Origin: Nemertoderma westbladi
Taxonomy: Eukaryota > Animalia > Xenacoelomorpha
Assembly: GCA_032718475.1 (NCBI GenBank)
Contig: JAUCBJ010005469.1
Span: 1 to 36,287, forward strand
Direction: 5' to 3'
DNA length: 36,287 bases
The notes below the pieces were generated by a model, which worked only from the letters and a program-made list of their open reading frames with translations, made no database searches and was not told the DNA's origin. Position numbers and translations under genes: made by a program. Positions 19,156-30,093 of the stretch are shown one piece after another; position 1 is the stretch's first letter; each line of letters starts with the position of its first letter.

Positions 19156-19798
19156 TATGTATAATTATATGAATATTTATATCGCAATCAATTTATGACA
19201 ACTCTCAATCGTGATACTGTTAGTGCTTTTAGTTTTAGAGGGATTCTGGAGTTTGAGGCAACTCTCTTGTTCCACCCCGACCAACAAAGCCATTGGTGAA
19301 TCTGAGGCAAGTCACTAGACTAGCCTCAGTAAACACCGACAAGGTGAGCTGACTGCCTTGGCAGATAAGCTTTCTCTTAGCGCAGTGGGTTTTCAAGAGC
19401 ACCGAATGCAGACTGGACAGACTGATGAGGTTCTGATTAAGGACATGTGGGGCGGTTGGCGACTCGCCCTTGCTTCAGTATATGTATATTAATATACATT
19501 ATTAATGCACCGAATTTAAAATATTTACTTATTTAATATAGGCTGTATAAATGTTATAAAAACTCTAATAATTTATTTTCAGTCGAAAACGCAGATCATT
19601 ACAAATAGGGTGGCAAGGCAACACGTTAATGCAGACTTGCAGCGGTGTGGAAATAATGGTTGAGGGATTTTCGGATGGGGAAAATCTGCAACATCGACCG
19701 ACTTGGTGGGCAGTTCTGCGGTGGAACCTGCCCGCCTTTTCATGTCGCGAGTTCGCGATGTTCGCAGTGAACGGAAACTTTGTATTCCACATATACGG

Positions 19799-20545
19799 GA
19801 GGGACACTGAATATAACCCATCATCCATAGTGATCGGCCCTAAAACTTCCTCGAAAATATCAGTTTCGTTATCTTTAATCCCGATCGACTCTAGACTAAA
19901 GAATTGCTTTAACAAATTTAAAAACAAATTTAAAAATGATTATCATCTTGGGTTACGTAATTCATGTTATTTGAGGGTGTATTGTTACCAATTAATAAAG
20001 AACTGGTTGTTGTTGAACATATTAATTGTAATGTACTTGGTGGTACATTAGAACTGCAAGATGGACCTAACAATATCCATCCAACCCTGCTGTCCAACAC
20101 AACAGGATCATCTTCGGATCCACGAAGTACAGATCCACTAACAATAAATACCCCAATACTGATCACCACCTATCAATAGTTCAATTGTAAATAATGTAGT
20201 ATTTGTATTCCGCAGATCCTTGTTGGCAAGGACGAGGTACCAACAGCGCTCCCAAACCTCGCCAGGCACATAGTTACTAATCGGCTCACATATTGTATCC
20301 ACTACAATAGCCGTTATGGTAATACTATCACCATCTCAAACACTCATTTCTACATTCACATATGGTCTACATCTTGCTACACTGGTCGTTGAACCAAATG
20401 CAGCTATTGCAGTAGTTGTATGTCCAACAATTTTGAGAGACAGTTTTGTAACTGTATCACTAGTATAGTAATATAGGTATGCTGGTTCCCACCGTCGAAT
20501 ACAGCATTAATTGCTGTATGTTGCATTAATGTTTATTTGTATTCT
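19799..20545 (-). pseudogene. Fragment of a second Bel/Pao pol (aspartic protease to pre-RT linker)
   Basis: Minus strand: INAVFDGGNQHTY (protease site, ~20481-20510), TAIAAFGS, DDPVVLDSRVGWILLGP, LKQFFSLESIGI...GLYSVSLP; frameshifted. Confidence 0.82.
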
Positions 20546-20556
20546 TACAATCGACA

Positions 20557-21260
20557 CTACTACTACTACTACTACTAGGATCGGCATGGTGCATTGCAGC
20601 TGCATTTTTAAGAATGCTGTGCCGGCTTATCGACAAAATTGCACCGCCACAACTCCCTATCATCCATGACATTTGCTAGATCATCTGCATCTTCAAGGCC
20701 AGTGTCCTTTAAGATGCGTCTCAAGAAAGTCATAGGCTGTCCACCATGCTTATTCACTCCAAGAGGCTGCCAAAGTACAAGATTATGCACTGGCTGGTCA
20801 TCACGGCGAAAGCAATGTCCTGCAAAGCGGAGGCGATTTTGTTCTAGTGTCAAGCTTGGGGGAACCAATGAGACACCTCCAATGTTATATAGTGTCTGGT
20901 TGGAGATGTGTGCATTGTACTTGACACAATGAACCCGGCGTAGCATTCTTGTGAATGTGCCATCCAGAGATTTGATATCCTCAGCAGTTAGAGCCCAGCA
21001 TGGACTCCCATAGAGGAGTACTGGAACTACTGCTGCTCTAAATAATCGGACCTTAAGTTTCCGATTAATTCTCGGTGACTTCCAAATCCTGGCTAGCCTA
21101 TTCAAGGCTGCCCATGCCTTTCCCTTACGTATTCGAAGGTCCTCACCTGACATCCGGATCCATGATACCAGGTAACAGAAGTCATCCACATGCTCAAGCA
21201 TACCATCTTTTGAGGTTATGCTCATCCGATCAGAGACTTGCTGAAGGACTTTCAAAGTTA
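20557..21260 (-). mobile_element. 5'-truncated RTE-like LINE (C-terminal domain and (TAG)n tail)
   Basis: ORF 20608-21255: LEHVDDFCYL.SWI, KAWAALNRLARIWKS, LKVRLFRA..PVLLYG, RLRFAGHCFR, LVLWQP. (cta)7 on the plus strand at 20557-20577. Confidence 0.92.
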
Positions 21261-21270
21261 ACTGTCAAAA

Positions 21271-24200
21271 TTTTGGTCTTTCTGGAGTTAATAAAAAGAC
21301 CAACACTATATTTTATAGTGTTGTATATATATTTTACTATATTCTATTACATATAAAATAGACAATTTCAACATGTAATCATTTCACTTTCACTTATTTT
21401 TGTACGAATTTACAAAAATGTGAGGGGAGTTCAAGTCTCCCCATTTTGAGAGAGACGCTTTTTCGGAAATACGAATTATTGGTTTAATTAAAAAGTGTGA
21501 GGTTTGAAATTAACAAATGATATAAATCATAAATGCAATGTGATAAAGTTAAAACGGTATTGAAAAATTAATATCTGTTCTTTAGAACGATTATATTCCA
21601 TTATGAGATTGGTGGCAGCCAACGGCGAGCAGGAAAGTTGCATGTGTCCTGAAAACTGCATATCATTTCCTGATCGAAACATATCATCATATTCCCACAC
21701 CTCCTGGCTGGTGGTGCATATCCCCCCCTGCTTGGGTGCCATGCCTTATTTAATTACAAACGGACAGCCATATTACCACATGATGAACTGATCTAGACTC
21801 ACCTATACTCACTCACCTTGCTATCGTGCCCTTCAGTTATCTTATGCCCCACCCTCCACCTCCACTTTATCCTGATTTGGAAGCGATTGTATGTAGACCA
21901 CTATAATATGCTCAGCAATTACTTTGTTTACATTAGCAGCGTGGCCAAGAATCACTCCATGGTTACTGCACCCATCATTAAGTTTGTATCACCCAATCAA
22001 ACCATACACCTCCACTATGCTGCTAGTGACCTAGCCAATACTGCATTCACCTTGGTTGCATTACCAGGTCAATGCGATGACATTCACCTACTGGAAGGTC
22101 GAATTTCTACGGCACTAACTAATACTCCCATTGACTTTATGTGACTCCAAGGTCTATCATTGTCCCATGGTGCCGCTTTAGGTCCGCGGTTCGATTACAT
22201 CTTTGGACACACCATTGTGTGGTCTACCACACCGATCTACTTGATCAGATACCTGATACTGCATTGTTCATTTATAAGGGCACCACTATTAATATTGCAC
22301 CTGGTACCTGAACCTGGGTACCTGGTATGCCAGAAGTGTTGATTGGTCATGTCTATGTTGGCCAGCATTATTATGCTTTTCGCCCTTTATCTACGGTACT
22401 GATACTCCTTTAGTGCCACATTCTCAAAATACAAGAAGTGCAATACCAACTGCCAAGAGCCTTTGCTTCCCATCGCATTCAATTTCAGACTCCACCTCAA
22501 CCACAGCCGACTACATCTAATCCTATGATGGAACAACATGAAGGTAATGGGGGCGGGGGGGGGGGGGGGGGTTGCCCTCATTAATTGGAGTCAGTTTGAA
22601 GAGGATGAAGAAGGCCATTCAATGTAATACCATGCGTGAGCTCCATATTCCTGATACTGCTGGAGGAGGAAGGTGATGTTGACATGGTTGAAGATGTGGA
22701 AGAGGTTGAGGCAATGAGAGGTGGACAGTAATATTATCATTCTTGAGAATGAGGAGGTTTGTGAGAGTTGTAGGCGTATTAATACTCCAAAACACACTCT
22801 GGAGTTACGCATGTCCAGGAAATTGGTTCATCGGGAATATGAATACCTTCTTCGGGCTATTGAGAAAGACTATATGCTTTGTAAAGAGTGCTCCATCTAT
22901 TAGTCATCAGATAGAGGTCATTCTTATATGGTATCATATTCCCCCAGCTGCACTTCTCTGATATACAATGGTTTAGCAAATAAGGTTTTTTAGGTAATCC
23001 CATGAACCTTTTAGATTTACTTGCTGTTAAATTTAGAGACAGCTGGAGGGAGGTCATTAATGAATTTAATCTTCATCCTAAGAAGACAGTCATTAAAACT
23101 TTACGAAGGCTGAGGGCAATTATAATGGGTTGTCGTCATGCTATGTCGACATTGATCCAATATTACCAATACTTTCCAGAAGAAACTGTTCAAGATGGTA
23201 AGCTATACCATGCTGAATCACTCATGTTGATTGTGGTTCTGAGTGAGGGAGTTCATGCAACAGGGACGGCACCATCATCTAGATGATGGCTATGTAGAAC
23301 ATGTCACTGAATATTATATGGCCCAGGAACAACCTTTGATTCATGAAGCCTTGGCAGGTGCTACATATATGGATGTATATGACTGCTACAAGCTTCATGA
23401 AAGAATCCTAAATAAGGAAATTAAAGATAGAATATTTCAAGGATATCTGTCTCGATTAAATGCTAATCATGCAGCCTGCTAATTCTGCATTGGTAATTGG
23501 CAGAAGGTCATGGGCTATTGTCAATGAGACTGGTCTGTCTGACAGCAGCTACAAATGCTGTCAGTTTCAGTTATGCATTGCCGAGTGATGCATACAATCC
23601 TCCAGGCTACTGAAGCAACGATATATGTATTCCTTACACGTCCTTCAAAAGTTGGAGGATATTGAGTTGAGTTTACATTGTGATACTACTGACCATCAAG
23701 TAGCTGTAATGCTGGATGACCTTATTCCGGGTTGTTCCAAAGTGGCTAATATAAATGATATTCTCAATGATGACATTTATGTAATTAGCATGCCTCGTAA
23801 TACTGGCAGAGGGGATCCATTCCCTTTGCAAGTGTGTGGTTATTACTTGCATGCTGCTTTTACAATTTCTACTTATAAACTTACTGGTATCTTTTGTTGG
23901 AGTGATAAACATTCGTTCCAGCATCTCTTCCACGAGGATGCTAAACTAAAGCCGCCTGTGGTAGACAATCCCAAGTCTGAAATTAAGAGGGCGAATCTTT
24001 TCATCTATGTAAAGAAGGGATGCTATAACCTAAGAGATCCAGCGTAATAAATTTCTTGCAAATTTTGCTGATCAGAGTAAGGTAAAGTGTGCAAAGCATG
24101 ACCTATTCCTCTGAAGAAAAAATCTTAAGGAGGATAATGGAGAATGCGTAAAATTGCACCCCTGAACTGGAGTGAGAAAGAATATTTGCTGGAGGTGCCC

Positions 24201-26722
24201 ATATGGGATTCCCGAAAAAATCGTTATGAGATTGGTTTATGCATTAGTCATTTTAAAGACGAGCTCATTAAACCAGATGCTGTAATTAGTATCAATTGTA
24301 TTGGTATTGAGGAGTATTGATAGTATTGAGGAAGAGGGCGATGTTCTTCACCATCAGTGGAATGGGCTACCAATAGGTGGTGGCAGTGGAGCTTCTCAAA
24401 CTTTGTCATATATAGATGGTGATGAAGAAGACTCATAGGATGACAAAGAAGTGTAAGATCCTTTAGATAGGGCAAACAGATTCTTCTGTGGCAATTTCCA
24501 TACCCAAGAATCTGCTAATCCCTTTGAGGACTATCTGGTGGGGATCCATGATGGATACTATGATGATGATGAATATCCTTTAGTAGGATTAGCGACTGGA
24601 GCCACTGTTCCCATTTACAGTAATGGTAGAATCTCTTCGCATTTTCTGTTGAACAATGAGCTGAAGGTCCTTCAGTGTAAATGTGGTTATGGTGGTAAAG
24701 GATCAGCATATATTAACAAAGTGCTATACTATATCACCTCTCGTGCACCTGGCATCCATTTCCAACTTACGTATATAGAAGGACTCCTCTTCCTGAGGAA
24801 CTTCTGGTACATGAAAGCTAATGGCACTGTCGTTGGTGCCATTCCATCCTTCTTGTATGGGCTTCCATTTAATTCTCCTAACTATGGAATAGCATCTCTC
24901 CGAGAACATATACATATTCGGACCTTTAATTATCATTATCTTCTTATCTTCATTTCTGGTTTTATGTATCCATGAACTCAGAATTGAACTGAATATCTTC
25001 CCAGCTCATTCTCCATAAGGATTTCGAGCAGGTTTGTGAGGGTGAAGATAGGGTTCAAACTGGTGCTACAGATTCCATATTATGATTTGATGAAATGGAA
25101 TCTTGGCATCATGTAAGGGAGCTGTATGCACTGTTGTTGGATGGTTACTGGAACTACTTCTTCACTGCCATATATAATAATACTAAAACTCCAGGAGTTG
25201 CTCCTGTATATAATGCTGTATGTGAGCTTTATCTACTTCTACAAGGTTATGAGTTAACTTTAGCCATGGAGAAACATGTTTCCTTATTCATATGCTGTTG
25301 GAATTGTTTCTCAGTTCATCTTCACCACTGAATTGATGATGTGAAGTTTAAATGGACTCGAATGGATGCTCAAAATCAATGATCCCATCTAGCGAATATG
25401 CTCCACATACATGGTGGACTTACGCTACAGCCAGAGTCCATAGAGGATACTCAGGCTAGAATTTGCTGTAGGACTTCTGAATTGTTAAATGGTACTTATG
25501 ATACTGACTTTTCTCAATTAGTAGATGAGGTTAGTATTGATGATATTGATGACTTTTGTGATCTTTTCAGACTAGTACATTTGCAAACTCATAACTGCGA
25601 TCGATCGAGCCAGTAGTCGCTGTCATAAGAGTGTTGATGAGGCAGCAACAGGTTTTGCCGTATGCCTCGTCACCCTGAGAGTTGGGATGATGGGTTTTAC
25701 ACCAAAGACTGACTTACATAGCAATGAGGCACTCAATGATCTCGGATATATAAACCTTCTTCAAATTAATGAGGATGGTTCTAATAGATTAGATGGGGAT
25801 GGTCAACGATTAGCGCATTGTAATTTATTTGGAGGATGCCATACTTACTCTGCCAGTGGTCATGAGTGGGCTATGCCAACTATCCTTTGGGTGGCATTGC
25901 GATCTTCAACCAATGAACAGGCCTTTGATAAAGTTCTGCTGTGCGTACTGCACTAAGTACTTGGGTGGACTTGAAGAATGACGAGCCATCAAAATTCATG
26001 GTCAAAAGGATATAAACACTGTAAAGGTCTCCGAGAGATGGTCAATGAGAGGGGATTAAGTTTTTTGGGATTAATCACCTCATGAAAAAGGCTGAAGAGA
26101 AAGATGAGAAGAAGTTTATCCAGAGAAGGTTATCCGGAGATCCTCCATAATATTCTGGGTTTCCCATATACCAGAAAGAATATGGACTTTGTTCATATTT
26201 GTACCCTGACTCCTGAGTATAGGCATTGTATTATGAAACAGCAGAATTCTGATGTTGATTTTTATATTCTGGAATCTGTTGAAGAGTGTAGAGGGTAGGG
26301 TTGTTTGGCGTAGCACTCATTTCTAACTACATTTGAAGTTTGTGTGGCGAGACACTATGTTCGCAGTGCCAATGATCCTGATTTACAGTTGATCATAGAC
26401 ATAATGCGAAACCCTAATCCATCTCCAAACCAGATTAAGTTTGTTATCAACAGCATGAAACAACGCTGTAACTTTGTTGATAGCTGGGATGATGTCCCTG
26501 AAGATGTTTTAAAGGTTGTTGTTGTTGTTCCGAAAGGTTGTGGTCACATCCAAGATATTTACAATGCCTGGTCTATAACTCAATTGAAGCAAAGATCCAG
26601 TGCTCCTACTTCTACTCATTATAGTAGCAGTGTCCTTGGAAGGCAGATACAGTTTCCTGTGCGCTACTAATGTGCGAGTACCTCTCATGGTGTTTAAGGC
26701 CAAGATGCCCCAAATGTAGCAT
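21271..26722 (+). mobile_element. Degenerate Helitron-like rolling-circle element (Rep HUH-Y2 and PIF1 helicase remnants), 3'-truncated
   Basis: Motifs in order across frameshifts: WNYFFT.I.NN (Rep motif 1), KWTRMDAQ...NMLHIHG (HUH, ~25395-25415), LQTHNC, CRMPRHP, AYCTKY (Y2, 25946-25960), EILHNILGFP..FVHI.T; helicase VRSANDPDLQLIIDIMR and QFPVRY*CASTSHGV*GQ (26650-26721). Candidate 5' terminus at 21271. Confidence 0.8.
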
Positions 26723-28328
26723 GTAGCAATACAAATATCATCACACAGCTTACAAGTAGTGTAAGTTTAGGCTATGGCTTAACCTGTTCCCGTCCAGTAC
26801 TTAAAAATAAGTGTGGGCCAATGCCTGTAAAATTGGAAAATTTGAAAGTTTTCTTCAGAAATATGTATTTAATTCTTCTTATTCAAAATCATCCGTAGAT
26901 TGATAATTTCTGGATGAATTTCTATTTTTTCGCAAATTTATTGATTATTGATTAGTTATTGATTTTGATTAACTTATAGATAAATTAATTTATTTGTCTA
27001 TTACCTTATAATTAATAATATTTTTTTCAATATCCTGCTCAAAATTTCACATAGAATTCGAATTTCAAGGTAAAAAAAACATTTTAACAAATTTATTGAT
27101 TGATTGATTTTGATTGATTGATTGATCGATTTTGATTGATTTATTTATTTATCGATTCTTTGATAACAATAAGAAAATATATTTTATTACTTATTATTTT
27201 TGAGACAAAAACTAATTTTGATCAAAAGTTATTGATTGATTGATCAGTTATTTTATTCAACACATTAAAACTAACAAAATTAATAAATTAAGCAAATAAA
27301 ATAATAAAATAATAAAAAACTAAATAACAATGAATTCAGATATATAACAAACCTATATTATGATACGAATTCTTATCAATTCTAATTAATTGGAATGTGA
27401 ATATTCTCCAAATCGTGGATCTGGGATCCGGGATTGGTGAATCTGGGAGCACATATTGGTCATCATCGTCATCACTGCTATCAGTACTGGTACCACTGAC
27501 ACTCACTGCCAGAAGTTTGAACCTCACTAGCATCATCGTCATCGATGTCACCCTCCTCATCGCTGCCTGAGTCGGAGCCCGCAAAACTGTAGGAATGAGG
27601 TGGTTTGCGTTGGCGTATAGGGTATGGCATTATCAACCTATATCTAAGACTAAGGCATTGCCTTGCATAAGTAGGCTATATCCAGTTTGTACACATTGCT
27701 GACAGTCAAAGATAAAAATTTGGACATATTACTCTTGTCAATAGTGTTCGAAATTCACTCGAAATTATGATTACAATAATTATACAATAATATTTAGAGA
27801 TATGATGTATACTTGATAAATTTAATTTGTGCAATGATGTGACAAACTAAACCTACCGCCTACTGGTACCATAACCAAAATAGTAAACCAATAAGCATCT
27901 GGCAGTCTGGTACAATAATAGTATACCAGTAGCAATTATCTGAATGTAAAGGAGGGTTGTGGGGGGTTGGGGAGGGGGGGAGGTTAATTTAACTTATGTA
28001 TATCAAGCGGGATATAGCCTTGAATGAACCACTACAACCACAACATTGTAGTACTTTTAAGACCACTTTAGGCATCTTAATATTCTTACTGGGCCACAGC
28101 AGATACCTATTATATTCTCCCAACATCCCTTCCATCCTTACTAAGGGAAATTACTGGTTCTCAAATCGGGTTAGCATATATGCTCATTAGCATTAAGTTC
28201 CCTAATGTTAACTACACTGGAAAACTGGTGACTTGAGAGAGAGGCTACAGGCTCATCAAAATAAGATGAGTTTGGAGTTTATGTAGAATCCTTTATTACA
28301 TCCTTGGGCTCTGTACGCCTTTGTTTAT

Positions 28329-29637
28329 GGAAGCAGGACGATTCGGTCCCGGACAATTCGGTCCGGATAATTCGGTCCCGGACAATTCGGTCCTGGACAA
28401 TTCGGTCCCGGACAATTCGGTCCCATTGTCCGGATACTGACTAGGACAATTCGGTCCCAAAACATGCATATTAATGGGACCGAATTGTCCGGGACCGAAT
28501 TGTCCAGTACCGAATTGTCCGGGACCGAATTGTCCGGGACTGAATTGTCCAGGACCGAATTGTCCAGGACGGAATTGTCCGTGACCAAATTTAATTGGTA
28601 CTATATAATGGTGAATGTTCTAGAACCTTAATATATATTATTATATGGTAGCTAGTGTTTTTTTTACTAGCTAGTATTTTTTTAAAAATAAAAAAAAATT
28701 TACTTTTTTTGTTAACATTATTAGTTATGGTATCTATGGTGTTTTATGGAGCTTGTGAATTATTTACTAGCTAGTCTAGTAATAGTATGTATTTAAAATG
28801 TTTAAAACTGATTTTTTTTATATATTGCTTAAGTATACTGTATGTGTTGTTGGTTAGTTAACAAGCCTAAATTATTATCTTAGATAATAGCTGGATCTCA
28901 TTCAGGGACTGTTATAATATCATCAATATTGTTGGTAATTAATATAATCAGCAACAGTTTAGTCCTAATTCTGAAATATCAATGTTTTCACAAGTGTTTT
29001 TATAATTTCAAGGAAATGCTAGCTAGTAAAAAAAAAACACTAGCTTCACCTTAATAAATAATATATAATAATGTTCTCGAACACTTACCAATAACAAAAA
29101 TAAAAAAAATAGTGTTTTTAATATTTCAAAAAATTCTAGCAAGTAAATAACACTAGCTACCATAACAAATATCACTACTAATGTTCTAGAACATTCACCA
29201 ATATCAAACCTTAATAAATAATATTTATAATAATGTTCTCGAACACTTACCAATAACAAAAATAAAAAAAATACAGTGTTTTTAATATTTCAAAAAATTC
29301 TAGCAAGTAAATAACACTAGCTACCATAACAAATATCACTACTAATGTTCTAGAACATTCACCAATATCAAAAAAAGCACTAAAAAGTTGCTATCAGGAA
29401 CCGGACAATTCGGTCCCCGACAATTCGGTCCCGGACAATTCGGTTCCGGACAATACGGTCCGGGACAATTCGGTCCTAGGTCAATTCAGTCCTAGGACAA
29501 TTCGGTCCTAGGACAATTCGGTCCCGGACAATTCGGTCCCATTTATTTAGTGTTTTGGGACCGAATTGTCCGGGACCGAATTGTCCGGACCGAATTGTCC
29601 GGGACCGAATTGTCTGGGACTGAATTGTCCTAGATCC
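28329..29637. mobile_element. Non-autonomous foldback/MULE-like element with long modular TIRs and a 9-bp TSD
   Basis: Ends ggaagcagga... and ...tcctagatcc. Flanks tttgtttat (28320-28328) and tttgtttgt (29638-29646). Arms 28329-28586 and 29397-29637 are inverted copies built from ggacaattcggtccc 15-mers, and inverted similarity continues inward (tggtgaatgttctagaac...atggtagctagtgtt). Confidence 0.82.
29049..29372. repeat. ~160-bp tandem duplication inside the foldback element
   Basis: ccttaataaataatat...caccaatatcaaa starts at 29049 and 29209; near identical. Confidence 0.93.
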
Positions 29638-29809
29638 TTTGTTTGTGGTTTCCCTGGATAAGTAAACAGCAATTTGAATAAGGAAAACTTGCAGGTGGAG
29701 ATATTACAAAGGGCCGGGATACAGTGTATGCTATGGGTGTTGAGATTGTGTGACAATTCAATGCTGACTTTTATGTCGATGTTGATGGAGTTGCTGTTCG
29801 TTATTGTAC

Positions 29810-30093
29810 GTTATTGTTCGTTAGTTCATTTGTTTGCATTCGTTTGTTCATTCGTTCACATTGTTTGTTCATTCATTCCTTTGTTTGTTCATTTGTTTGT
29901 TCATTTGTTTGTTCATTTGTTTGTTCATTTATTTGTTTGCTTGTTTGTTCATTCATTCATTTGTTTGTTCAGTTGTTTCTTCATTTGATTGTTAATTCAT
30001 TCATTCGTTCATTCCTTCATTCGTTTGTTCATTCTTTTTTCTGGGCTTGGTTAGCCAAGGGAAAGACATGAGGGTTGTTTGTTCATTCATTCG
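29810..30093. repeat. Compound (TTTG)/(TTCA) microsatellite with ~12-bp ttgtttgttcat periodicity
   Basis: Visible directly. It gives rise to the spurious LFVH/FVCS ORFs. Confidence 0.93.

Noticed and set aside
27975-27987. aggTTAA as the partner piggyBac TIR of 26783
   Set aside because: Similarity beyond TTAA-cct comes only from a poly-G tract.
28329-29637. Regular 15-bp repeats as a CRISPR array
   Set aside because: Units are contiguous with no unique spacers, they switch orientation, there are no cas genes, and the context is eukaryotic.
29674-30071. Hydrophobic LFVH/FVCS repeat ORFs as membrane proteins
   Set aside because: Translations of the TTTG/TTCA microsatellite.
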